Shown here piece by piece: positions 12,201-41,348 of a stretch of 64,000 nt of DNA. The position numbers and the translations under genes were made by a program. The notes under the pieces are model-generated. The model did not search any database, was not told the origin of the DNA, and worked only from the letters and a program-made list of their open reading frames with translations. How positions within the stretch are numbered: the stretch's first letter is position 1; each line of letters starts with the position of its first letter. Where the stretch lies: contig OZ037771.1 in NCBI GenBank assembly GCA_964035545.1, positions 3,855,628-3,919,627 on the forward strand, written 5' to 3'. This DNA is from Bugula neritina. Taxonomy: Eukaryota; Animalia; Bryozoa.

Positions 12201-15200
12201 GAGTAAATCGGCATGTAAATTCTTAGCCTTCATTGTAACAGAACCTCATATTTTCTTATAAGTTGTTTTTCTGAAATATTCACAATATTACTCACTTACC
12301 TACTTATTAACTTACCTACTTACTTACATACTTACTAATATACTTATCTACATACTTACTTACTCACTTACTATGCTTACTTATTCTACTTACTATTAAT
12401 GGTGCTGTACAGCTGATACCGTGCAGTGTACCTATAGTGCTCAATCACACACATGGCTTCACTTGTATCTATGATGAGTTTTACGTCACTAAACTTGAAG
12501 TCCTCAGAAATGTGATGTGGCTATGGCTTGCACTTGACATGTAAACCTAATGTCATTGATAATAAATCTATATTCAGTTGCCTGTATTGGAAGCAAATAG
12601 CTATAATTATGTCCTGAAACTCCCACTTAAACTGCAGAGTTGACTAAAACTATTATGAAACCTGTTTCAGTCTCCGGTTATTTCTTAACTCTCCTACCAA
12701 GTTTTATTGATTAGTAATTTCTTATACAATGTCAGCTGCACCCGGACTATCTGGTGCACATGTAGATAGACTCATGTCCCAAACTCATTTCATTAACTCT
12801 GCTAACAGTAAGCAATGTAGCAGAATGATGGTGCTGTGTAGGTTTAGGCTCTTATTGGTTCAATCTCAGCAAAAAACGTTTTGCTGTACCAAAATATTGG
12901 GTTCCCAAGGTTAATCTTCAAGTTATGTCCCCTTGCAGATACTAATTTTACTGTTTTATGATGTTTGGCTAAATTTATTATTAATTTTATATCCATTGTT
13001 TGGAAGAGTTGATACATTTTGTGAGATGAATGGGACGGGGTGTACCTCAGCCCATATTTGACAAACCTGGTGGGATTAAATTATTCTTAGAGCTTAGAAA
13101 CCTCTTCTAAAATATATAAATAGTACATGGTTTGTCTACCCGTCCCCTTCTGTATAGACAGACTATCAAGTGACTGTCTAACCAGGAAATGCTCTTGGCT
13201 CATCCTCTTGATAGCGTATAGTAATTGTCTACTACTGTTCTAAAAATAGAACATGCTTGAGGCTGGCCTGTTTCAGGTGCAAATTTTGTTTGCATAGCAA
13301 CTCCCTCCCCCCATGTGGGAGGTACAAAAAACTGGTATTTGTATGGCTTGAGCTCAATTATTTTCCTGGAAAACATACTCACGGAATTTCACTGGTAATA
13401 ATAATAGTAATAATAATGAGGTTCCCTATGAATGAGGTCACCCTTGGGGAACCCCACACAATCCTGACATAAGTTCCTTCTCTATTGTGTAATGAATAAA
13501 TACGTCCTGCATTCTCATTGGACAAACTGCCTAGTAACTGCATAGCTGTAGTAAAATCAATAACGCATGCTTTCATGTTGGAAGTGTTCCCACATCATTT
13601 AATATCTTGACAACTGGCCGGCATGGTCATGTGTGTATCTCCTTCATACGCATCTAAATACCTGTTTGGGTTTCTTTACAGCGGAGTGAAAGATGACCTC
13701 AGCCAGGCGGAGTCAGCAGAGGGTTCTGACAGCGAATCGGATTCGAGCAGGTTAGTCAGCTGCTGTGCTGGATAACTTCCTATGGGTTAGATTAAAGTAA
13801 ACACCATCTCAGCCATCAACTGTTTTAATTTGAAGTGAAATATTGACTGGTAATTTACTGCACTACTCTGCCTGAACTTCTCTCTGTTTAGTGTGTGTAG
13901 AGAGTTGGCATGAACTCGCTCTGTTGGTTGGAGACAAGTTAGTTGGTTATAAACGCTGCCTGCTGAAATTCTCAGTTGTGGACTGCTAGATAAGCTGTGT
14001 GCTGCAGGAATTATTCCAGTTGTGTTCCTCGGACATCACAGCTTCTATTGGATTAGTCAGTCTTTCATGTGTTTAACTTCTTTTGATGAAGAAATGATTG
14101 AGAGTGGGGAATGCTTCAATCTGAGTTATGTTGGAGAGCTGGAGTGTTCCTATGACGAAACCATCAGTTGACAGCTTCCAATCCTAACAAATGATGTTTG
14201 CTTTGGCTCTACTTGTGTTTCTACACAGAAACCTGGCTACCACATCTCTACACATCCCTATGCTGTCAGTGTTTCTGGCCTGATACTACAGAGTATTGGG
14301 CTACTTAAAAGCCTGGTTCTTATTCACAAATGATCAGCTCACCAGAGTACTACTAAACACAGGAACTAGTATTTTGGTACCCCCCCCCCCCTTCTGTGAA
14401 CTCAGCACCCCATTCTCTCTACATCTCACAGAGTCAATGACCTTTGTGAGATGGTGACTGGAGTATAGTAGTAGTTATTGAATTAGTTGTAAGTTTTAAG
14501 TTTTAGTGGGTGTTTGTCCCTGGTGTATTGCATTGGCTGGTGATTTGCAGTGGGTGGTGTAGTACTTTGTTTAACTTGTGTCAATGGCATGTACTCGGGT
14601 TGCCAATAAATGTTACACGCAATAGCCAATCACAGCTGGTCTTATCTAAGTTATCAGTTGTTAGTGCAGTAAACTGCTGCAATTGAGGAAATATCTTCTC
14701 TCTCTCTCCAAGTTGCTGCACGTAGACAATATGACGTGAGTTGCATATTCAGTAGACGGTATAAAACAACATGATTATTACATGTATTTGGCTTGTGAGT
14801 TAAAACAGTGAGGGTAGTTGGCAGTCTTAGTATCACCGTATTGCATTGCTCTTCTTATCTGGCTGCCATCTCTACATTCACTCTGTTTTATAAGTATTCT
14901 AATTGCAACCCACACTGTGTCACAACTATCTATACACTAAAGTATTATGTGTATGGACCAAGTGCCTATTTCTATTGTATTCCGTTTCAATTCCGTTTCA
15001 ATTCCATCTTGCTGATAAACCATGCAATCAGTGGTAATATGATTACAAAGTTAGAAGTGCACTTCTGGGAGATATAATTATAGTTTAGTTTCCTTTTACT
15101 GCCAGTGTATTCTAGGATATAGTAATACCTGCTAGATGTTTAGAAGTTGTCTTCCTATTTTAGAATATGTTTAATTTTCTAAATATTATACTTTCAGCGA

Positions 15201-18200
15201 CAGCAGCAGCTCTGACAGTTCAAACTCTGACTCATCTGACAGCAATTCTAGCGACGAGGAGGAGGAAAGTAAGCCGGGCCCCGCTCCTTCCATACTGTTT
15301 CCCAAACTGATTCCCTCGCCTGCCCCTCCTCAGGTCAACGAGGAAACCAATGACAATGTCTGGAACTTGGACTTATACTATAATGATGGGCTCTCCAAGA
15401 ACACCACCAACTCCAGTAAACCTACAATCTCAAAATCTCAGGCACCAGCTGTCAGCAAGTCTACGGCAGCTCCCCCACAGTCTACTCACTCCCAATCCGC
15501 TGCGGCAAGCTCTATGGCCAGCTCGGCAGCACCAAAGGTATGTCAGCAGCTTCCTCATTGGCTACTTCCCTATAGTAGTTTGTATTGGTAAGATTTCAAT
15601 ATAAACATAAGCTTCTCTGATTGGTAATGTTCTCATATCTATTTTCGAAAAAAGTTATTAGTGCAATTAGTTTTAAAATGTTTCTCCACTGCTATACAGA
15701 ATATGCTTCAAAAGTGCAATTTCGACCCCACTTTTTATTTGGTAGAAAAAGCGAGGTCGGCCTCGGAAAGAAGAGTCAAAAAAAGTAACTGATCCAGATT
15801 TCTCTCTTCCCGACAAAATTCCCGACACGGTGAACTCCATAGTAGTTTCTGGAAAAAAGAAACGGAACCCTTCAGCATCTTCGTCCCTCAAATCCAAGGT
15901 ACCAGCTGGGCTGTTTGACTAGCTGCCTGCCTCTACACATTGTGTGTGCTCTGTCTGTGTGTGTGCTCTGTCTGTGTGTCTGTCTGCTCATTAGATAGCT
16001 GAATAGAGCTGTAAAAGGAAGTCCTATCATGTCTGTACTGTTTACTGGTAGGTGACTTGTAAACACATGCATACTTAAACTCATGATATCTTCTTGTAGC
16101 CAACAGACCAAAAAGATAGTAAGAAGAGGGGGCGACCCCGTAAGAAACTGGACTCCCCGACCACTGAAATAGTCAGCAGACCCGTGAATTCCTCTTCTAG
16201 TCTCAGCATATCTCCGCCTGCCAACTTCTCAAGTACAAAGTCAACTACCGGTAAAACAGCAGCACCTCCTTCTGCTCTCAACGCTGCCAGCCGACCTTCT
16301 GGTGCTGCTTCATGGAATCCTGCCGCCATGGAAGAGGAGGACGTTGATGTGGACGTTGTGTCTGATGAGTCAGCCGACTTCAATCGCTCTCCTTCCACTT
16401 CCTTTAAACCTATCAAGACCTGCCGTAGTCCAAAGGTAAGAGTGCAGTATACATTAGTGTATATTATTATATAATACATGTATTAGTGCATATTATAATA
16501 TAGTTCACATTAGTTTCCATTACAATAGAATACATATAATAGTTTTGATTATACAACATACTAGTACTTTTCCAAATAGAGCTTCTTCTATATTTTAAAG
16601 TTTGAATAAATTGACAATTTTGCACCTTTGGCTGACGCTATGCACTGATGCAGACACTAGGTTAGTGAGAGAGTCTCCTGTATATACATATATATGATCA
16701 AACTAGTTTATAGCTGCTTGCTGCCAGCTAAATGTGGTCGAGCAGCATCTACACTCTGTAATATTCCTCCAATAGTTGTTCTTTCTTGAAACTTGTTATG
16801 GCATCCAAGGAGCTATAAAACTCAGTATTAGTTCAGACAATGACCTTTTTCTGAAATTACACTGATTTTTGGACAGACTTGTGGATTTCAGAGTTCAATG
16901 TTGTTGTGTCAAGTTTGTGTTTGCATGTGACTGTAGGGAGTACAACTCTAAAACTAAAGCATGGAGATAACTTTTGTATAGCAGTACATTATATAATACT
17001 GTATAGCAGTGCATTATATAATACTGCATAGCAGTGCATTATATAATACTGTATAGCAGTACATTATATAATACTGTATAGCAGTACATTATATAATACT
17101 GTATAGCAGTGCATTGTATAATACTGTATAGCAGTGCATTATATGATACCTTATAGCAGTGCATTATATGATACTGTATAGCAGTACATTATATAATACT
17201 ATATAGCAGTACATTGTATAATACTGTATAGTAGTACATTATATAATACTGTATAGCAGTACATTATATAATACTGTATAGCAGTACATTATATAATACT
17301 ATATAGCAGTACATTATATAATACTGTATAGCAGTACATTATATAATACTGTATAGCAGTACATTATATAATACTGTATAGCAGTACATTATATAATACT
17401 GTATAGCAGTACATTATATAATGTTTATGTAACACTTTTATTTGTAGAAAATGATGGCAGACTCTTCCATAGTGGAACCAAAAGTCAACAGTTACCCAAA
17501 GCATGAACCAATCTCTCCAGCCGAAACTACGTCTCACTTCTTTACCGCTCCCGCTGTGACATCACTTCCTATCAGTATACCCCTGCATATGCTTCACAGA
17601 AAACCTGCAATGAAGCCCGTGAATGGTTTGGTGAGTCTATGTAATTATTTACATGTGCATAAAGAAGGCAACTCCTAACTTATTAACATATTTTGCAAGA
17701 TATTTAGCTTTTGACTAAATTACTTGGTTTTTAAAATCATGGCAGCTTTATTATAGCTGTAATACTTTATTATAGCTGTAATACTTTACTGTAGCTGTAA
17801 TATCTTACTATAACTCTAATACTTTACTATAACTCATTCTCTATCAGCAGGAGGCAGTAGGTGTGAAGAGCGAGAAGGTATCTCCCTCCTTACATAAACG
17901 GAAGCCAGCATCTCCCTTATCTCAGTTCCCTCAGGCCATCTTGGAGGCGAAAGCCCAAGCCAAAAAACGGTTAGTGTAGAGGTTAACTCTACTTTTACTA
18001 CTTGCACTGCTGTGTGAAATTCTTCATGTTATGCGGGTTATCTGCTGGTAATATGTTCATAGTGTTCATCTTTGATGCATTTTTTTCAATTAAAAGAATT
18101 ACTCATAACAGGGTATAGTAAGAGAAGTACATAAATGACATTCTTTCTGCTGGCATAGAAACACGTATTCCCTCTGGACTAGCCACTAGTTCATATTGTG

Positions 18201-20351
18201 TATACCGTGTATCACTGATATGTGTATCTCACTTTTTTCACTAAAATATGCATACATCTTTTCTAAATGCTATCATGCCACTTGCTTGTGAAAGGTAGAA
18301 ATGTAGATGAATGTTTTAATATACTTCCTGATCAGCTTAATAGTGTGTAGTTCTGTATATTTTCACCTTGACTTGTGCTGCAAGTCTTTGTTTTGATTAT
18401 CCAGTGACCGGATCCTTTTTAAATTGACTAACCATCACATATTTGCTTTGAAATATTTTCCTCCCTGTGGCTTATATTGTCGAAATACAGAGTTTGCTAT
18501 TTTTTATTGTTGCAATACTTTTTATAGTAAAACGGATTGTGTTAAGAAAATAGAGGGAGAACCTGTGAAGTACCCGTACAGCTTTTCTGCAAAAAACATG
18601 AAGCAATCCACACCTCCTTCTGCTTCACCAGACTACTCAAAGCCTGCTGAGCTCCACCACTCAGCCCGTGATATGAAGAAACAGCATGCACTCACTGTGA
18701 GTATACTGCTGCTGCTGCTAGTACTACTACTACCAGTACTACTGCTACCAGTACTAGTACTACTAGTAACTACTACTGCTACTACTAGTACTACTACTTC
18801 TACTGCTACTGGTACTACTAATACTACTACTAGCTACTACCACCAGTACTACTAGCTACTACCACCAGTACTACTGCTAGTACTACTAGAATCTGTAACT
18901 TGTTGGAGAGGTGATGTCTATCTACATCCTTATCTCCACATGCAGCATGTGTGCAATTTTTTTCACTGGATATGAATATATCATATTGTAGAGTCAAAAG
19001 CCATTGCGGTATATTTTGGCTTTGGATGCGATAAACTCTTTCATGATGAGTGGCATAGGTAAGGAGATGGAGGGGCCAAGAGGCAGTCATTCCGTCAAGT
19101 CTTACTTCATGTCTACCCTCACACTCGCAGAGTAAGTGAATATCCAGTCAGCGGATTTTGCATGGTTACTCACTGGTCATTTGGTGTTTGGTGGAATATG
19201 TTTTTGTATTCATCATTTCTCTCCCGAACAGACGTTTTAGTACACTACTTCTACCTCGTCACAACCCATTTAAGTGTGTAAACTAGCCAGTGTCTAGGTT
19301 ACTTGTCTATCCTGCATGAAGTTGTCTGCACTTAGTATAATGGTATATTTATGACTATCCAAGCAAGATGTGCGACTCCTAAACTCCAGCAGTACATTAC
19401 CCAACGCCTGTAGAGCATTGCAGCTTCTACTTCACTGTCTCATGCTCTCAACTTTGTGTAAGACAGCTTGATACGCTTCACGCTGTCACCAAGTTTCAGG
19501 CGCGGAAGTCTCTTAGCCGCAGACCTTGTGCCAACACTGACGTCTGCTCTTTTATTTGCAGAAGTTTATTCTCAGAGGCTCTCAATGACCCGGTCACCAC
19601 ATCTAGTCATCCCATAATCCATCTGTGTTGTCAGGTTCTTTGGTAAGTCTGGTTTTAGACTTTGAGAATGTTTGTCACCCTCTCCCCAGTTCTGTTTGTG
19701 TTACTTAAGTACCACAGCTTGGAGTGTGTCCAACTGAACTCCTGGTTCCTCTTAGCAAATGTATTGTGGAAAGTCTTAATTTTAGCAAATTCTCGGAATA
19801 TTTGTTTAATCTAATCGTGTGCGTAGATAACTTTAAAAGTAAAGTTCTGTCTGCTACAGTTTAGCTCTGTCTCTTATCTCCATTCTATATGTGCAGGTCT
19901 TATCAAATATGATTATTGGATATTCCGAGAATAACTTATGCATGTTTCCCATAGATATGACTGTTTATGTAAATATGTGTCCCGTAAATTGTGTAAACGT
20001 ATCTGTGGGATAATACGTTACATGTATCTATACAAGTAGCCAATGAGCTATTGTGTTACAGTCTACAAGTGCTGGCTCACCTCAAATTCAAATGCTTCGA
20101 TCTGGCTGGTCAGTCACACAGAAAGTTTGATGATCCAGCGAAGGAGAGGTATCCTGCAATATCCCCCTTCAACCACCCGGCACTCCCAGGTAGCTCACCT
20201 GCTGCACCCAGCCCTGCCAGCATTGCATCTACTGGATCCATTGTGAGTGCTACCACTACTATTAGTACTACTACTACTACTACTACTACTACCACTACTA
20301 CCAGTACTACTACCACTACTACTACTACTATTACCACTACTACTACTACTG

Positions 20352-20396
<45 letters not shown>

Positions 20397-21008
20397 TTAC
20401 CACTACTACTACTACCACTACCACCACCATTACTATTACTACTATTACTACTATTACTATTACTACTATTACTATTACTACTATTACTATTACTACTATT
20501 ACTATTACTACTAATATTTATTATAAGCAAACTTTGTGAATTTTCAGACTTCAGACTCTGGAAGGAGTAACAGTATGCCCCCTGTCCCTGCCGTCCCTCC
20601 ACCAAATATTCCAGACTCCCACGCAGATGAATGTTCCGACATCATCAAACACGCATCCTTCTACTTCAGTGCCCGCCGAGATATGTCCAAGTCTGTTGAT
20701 ATCATCAAGGATCAGTCTCAAGCTCTCTGTATGTCATTACATGTAACCACTACGTAGTATCATATTAAAACTGTAATACTCTGTAGTATAGTGCTATGTA
20801 ATATACCACAACATGTAATACTAATATATGTATGTCATTTTAATACTCACAGCCATAATATATTCGTACTCTGTTTTTAGCATTCTTCAGAAGTTTGGAG
20901 TTTCCAGCTGAATACGTGCTGCTGCTCTCAGCGGAAAGCAAATGTTTTGTGCACTACATTCGAATGGCCAGCGTCAAACTAAAGTCTGACCTGGAAATGC
21001 AGTCATGA
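6294..21008 (+). CDS. lilli: AF4/FMR2 family (lilliputian/AFF-like) super-elongation-complex scaffold protein, multi-exon; the first coding exon lies upstream (candidates at 2218 and 4540)
   Basis: Phase-consistent GT-AG exons: 6294-6408, 7430-7512, 8198/8201-8398, 9985-10272, 10940-11189, 11295-11438, 11875-12014, 13682-13750, 15198-15537, 15746-15898, 16100-16435, 17448-17630, 17848/17851-17969, 18528-18696, 18992-19131, 19562-19642, 20062-20242, 20548-20728, 20881-21008 (TGA). Motifs appear in AFF order: N-terminal LFPIAVR..DELSNRIKGCFGD (cf. AFF LF.EPYK..DELSSRIQNMLG), IKKILEEM..ITEIQTP (cf. EILKEM..LTAIHTP), KDDL plus Ser/Asp tract, WNLDLY (cf. WQLDNW), two KKRGRPRK AT-hooks, LPISIPLHMLHRKP (cf. 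the AF9/ENL-binding LxVKIxLxLLSRIP), and a C-terminal homology domain with SPAAPSPASIASTGS ending FFRSLE..FVHYIRMASVKLKSDLEMQS*. Confidence 0.88.
7536..7760. repeat. ~21-nt minisatellite (CCCACTCTACTATATGTCCCT), ~10 copies
   Basis: Directly visible; starts ~25 nt after the AFF donor at 7513. Explains the spurious ORFs at 7490-7798. Confidence 0.95.
8719..9048. repeat. Foldback (inverted repeat 8719-8959) built from a ~22-nt unit, followed by further direct copies
   Basis: TTTCATATAATACTTATGTTGGTAGTGTGGAGTAGAGTTA at 8719 is the reverse complement of TAACTCTACTCCACACTACCAACATAAGTATTATATGAAA ending at 8959. Internal units AGTTACTACAGTTAGTAGTGTG occur in both orientations. Confidence 0.9.
10404..10490. 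repeat. CT-rich imperfect microsatellite
   Basis: (CT)n/CCCT run in an AFF intron. Confidence 0.9.
12021..12070. repeat. 10-nt tandem repeat CTCTCACCAT x5
   Basis: Begins immediately after the donor GTAAGT at 12015-12020. Confidence 0.9.
16975..17421. repeat. 25-nt minisatellite (GTATAGCAGTACATTATATAATACT), ~18 copies
   Basis: Directly visible; ends ~25 nt before the acceptor at 17447. Confidence 0.95.
18703..18888. repeat. Imperfect (ACT)n microsatellite
   Basis: Starts right after the donor GTGAGT at 18697. Confidence 0.9.
20251..20512. repeat. (ACT/ATT/ACC)n microsatellite filling most of a 305-nt AFF intron
   Basis: Lies between the donor at 20243 and the acceptor at 20547. Source of the poly-T/V/S/L ORFs. 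Confidence 0.95.
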
Positions 21009-22603
21009 CAGCGGGCCTGTCTTCTGCTGCCCACCTGTCCCTCCAGACGCTGCCACTCTCCTCTTGAACAGACATCGCTGCTCCTCCAAGTTTATACTTA
21101 CCTGATCTTCTCTTGATGTCCTTTCGGTGCATAAGACTCAACAGGGTGTCCCCCTCTCAACTCACTCACTAACACTCAACTCAAAATGTTTATATCAAAT
21201 TGTATATACTGTTACAAAAATAACCTATCATGCCTGCTGGACACGTGCCAAATACGTTGCTGAACAGATAGTTTCACGGCACTGCTTGCTGACCAATGGC
21301 TGGGAGTCTGTGCCTTGTACCTGCCTTGGGTGACGTGTCATGGGAGATACTTTCATTAAACTGTAAATTAATTGAATTATTTATTTATTATAAAATTGGG
21401 TATTTAAGTGTCATTTGTAAGTGGAATGACCTTTGTACATTCTCATGGCAAGGTGGTGAACAGACCGGTTTCTTCCATAGAATGTGCTGTAGTCAGTCGG
21501 TTGCATGCAAAGACTGAGTTTATATTTAATGCAACGAAAATTCATAGTTTTGTATTCTGGTAGAGTTACGACTCTTGCTACTCTAAGTCTTATGCAATTT
21601 TTGTCATCTCTTTAGCAATATATTTGTGTAATTTAATATTATATATTTCATACAGTTATAAGTTTGCTATAGCATTTAGACACACAGTGCACTTGTTTAG
21701 TTGCAGCAACACTGTAATTTATGAATTTAAATATCTGTATATAATATCATGACTATTATTACTTGGTGAATCAGTCACAGCAACTGACTAATACATATGT
21801 AAGAGGTAAACAGCAACTTCCAAAATCTGCTGATCACATCTCTTTGATCTGAATTACCATAATTATTTTAAGTTATGTAAGTATTAGAAATATTGATATA
21901 TGTTGCTATGAAAAGTATCACTTTATTTACAAGATTTATAATTTTTCACTCGATTGTAGATTCTACTATCTGCCTCTTTTCGCTTTCATATATTTCAGAA
22001 TTATAACTGGGTAACTTTTTTGTCACTATCTCCTATGGATGAAAGCAATAATATAAAAATGAAACCATGAACTTATTTTGTTTTATGCACTACACAACTA
22101 CGATAAAACCCACACAGGTTCTTGGCAGCTCTTGTGGGATTACATAATATATTGCATACTGTATAACGTGGCATGCAGCTATGCTGTTCATAAAAAACTA
22201 CCACAGTCCATATGCTTCATGTACAACACTGTATAGCATTTTTAGTTGATTTATCATTTTCATAAATAGGCTACGTTGGTGGCCATTTATGGGTCTCGTT
22301 TGATTAACAATATACTTATCAAGTTATAAGCTAAGAGTTTATTTCAAGGCTCTAGGAACTGCTTAACTTGATTGTAGTTATAAAGAAGTTATCACAACTA
22401 GGATATGGAAGGTGAGACAAAAGCAGAGGAAGAAAACTCCTTCATATGTAAAATCATGTAGGCACTCATTAAACACTAATTATCAATTCAGTAATTAATG
22501 TCATCAAACAATACAATATATACTACAGCTCGTATAAGACCGATCTTTCACAGTTTACAACTATGTGCAGTTACTGTCAACCTATGAGAATTTCTGCATA
22601 ATG

Positions 22604-39008
<16,405 letters not shown>

Positions 39009-41348
39009 GTTGTTGTTAATAGTGACTCAGTCAGTGAAAACACATCTTATTATAGCAACAGCTTTGCTCATATTTGTATTGTAGTCCAAGAAGAGATAAT
39101 CTTATATTCAGATCACTTTTTATGAAAGGAATTTTACATTTCATTTAATCTTCACTAGTCAATAATATTTGCAGCACTTGGTGCCCTGACTTGAAGATGT
39201 AAAGCAGTTTTTATGTCCCCAGCTCGGGAAGGGAATGCTCAGATCTGCAACTCGTATACAACTGCCATTTGCCTGTAGGTAAAAAGTCACGATAATTTTT
39301 AATACACCTATTGTTTATGCAAACAACAATTATAATAAATATTACATAATCATTATGTGGCAATATGATGTGTATTGTTATTGGAATCAAACTATTATAA
39401 AAAGTTAGCATACGGTACTATACTATATAAAAAGTCAGTTGCTGAAGTGCTCTCCTTTTATATATATATAAAAAGTTTATAGCTTTTAGGAAACTCAAGC
39501 ATTATATTACTAGTTAACAGGCGTTAGAAGCTGCCCTCTGCGAGCAAGCAATTTCTCCCGCTATATAGTCAGATCATATTATTTACAAGTTTAATAGCAT
39601 CTGTGATCCCACATCACTCTGTCCCCATTTTCAAACTTTTTAAAAGTTCCGAATGCACTTTTGTAAAATAACTGTTCTAAAACTATCTGTATCATATTTT
39701 ATCAAGCGGTCTTTATATTTAGATGGTTGAACTTTAACTTACCTGGGTAAATATGTCTGTAAGTTAACATTCGTCTTCTTAGTTGAACACTGCATGATCC
39801 GATCTTCATGCTAAGATTCCTGTCCGTGCAGTCACGCTCGAGTGAACTTCAGTCACGGATGGCGGCACGATAAAGCATATTTTAAATTGCTGGGGCCTGT
39901 AAGGTTGTCAACTTATAACGTATTTGCAACTAAACGTTATAAATTAATTGAGACTTTACCAATATGCAGTAGTTAGAATGTAGAGTAAGACTAATGTAGA
40001 GGCGTAGTTAGGCTCAAGTTTAAGTGTTACCAAAAGTTAGATAAAATAATGTTTACATGTTATATAACTCCTCTTTTTATAAAAGGCTGGTAAGTTTTTA
40101 CAAATCTCACTCATTCACAACAATTTGTCTGTTTTAAATAAAAAATAATTTTGGTAAATACTTCCCTTTTTGGTTTATATATATAAATTTATACTAGTTA
40201 GTATCTGCAACTAAATAAATTGTGAAGTCATTTTTGGCAACTTTCCAGTTTAACTTGAAATAAATTAAGCCTGTCAACTGCTATGAAACTTCTATAATCC
40301 TATTTCCTCATATATATTTATATTATAATTTTACCATAAATCTATTGTGTAATTCTATTACATCTATGTTATAGGTTTGGTATTATTTTATAATTTATGA
40401 TCATATCTATATTTTAATTTCATCATAATTTTATTGTGCAATTCTTTTATAATTCTATTGCAATTTTATCTCAACTCTACTTCGTAATTATATTAAATTA
40501 ATATTATATTTTCATCATATTTACAACTGGCTGAGTTATATTGCTGTCTTCATACATATCTGTTAGCATAGCAGCCTGAATGAGGTCACATACATGCGGT
40601 AGAATCAAATGCAAGATTGTATCAGCATATTTGACACGAATCAAAGTACAATGACACTGTTGTGCAGGTGATGTGAACCAGAACGCTAGTACAAAAAGTA
40701 ATAGAAGTCAACTCAAACTTTATCCCACAGCAAGTTAAAGTATAAGTTACTCAAGTAACTCTAGAGTTAAAATTTTTCTATAGTATAAGAAATTGACACA
40801 GCTGAGTAATGGCTTTTCTAGGGTTTATTGTACAACATTCTCTAACTTTGCTAAAACTTTAGCTTACTCCGATAAAGAGTGTTTCATGGAGCTCACGCAA
40901 ATACTGTAGATCTAGAAACTTAAAGTATAAAATAATCGATAGTAACGTTTCGATTTACTTGGTGTAAGTTTCATCATGATGTTAATGTCATTATTTCAAG
41001 AGAGCCACCAGTTTCAACCAGATGTACTCAAACAGATCCTGTCAAGGCAAACCTTACACTTCCTACTTTTGTGCATAAACAATCATAATTTTGTCATTGT
41101 GTAAAAATATAAATATTTATATACTCACATAAGCTCAATACACAGCCAGCGCATGGCCTATTAGACTTTCATTTTTGATTTTATCTAATGTTTTATTTAT
41201 AAGCATCAGTTTATAATGTTTTTTGTTTGGGTATTGATTTTTGAGTGAGTCAACAATTTTGATTTTTCGTATATAGTCTCAAACTTACATAAAGGCAGAC
41301 GTCCAACACACTATCACTTGTTTCAGACCATGTCTATGTGAATCAACA

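Noticed and set aside
12470-12620. Possible intronic C/D-box snoRNA (ATGATGA...CTGA)
   Set aside because: No terminal stem or recognisable guide sequence; such motifs are expected by chance in AT-rich DNA.
20051-20605. Poly-Thr/Val/Ser/Leu ORFs suggesting a mucin-like protein or an intron-retention isoform (similarly 18424-18855)
   Set aside because: ACT-type repeats are stop-free in most frames by construction. The repeats lie between good GT/AG sites whose use restores the AFF C-terminal domain.
21009-22603. Overlapping 3' UTRs of the convergent AFF and ABCC genes
   Set aside because: Poly(A) sites cannot be placed from sequence alone, and no clear AATAAA was found for the AFF gene.
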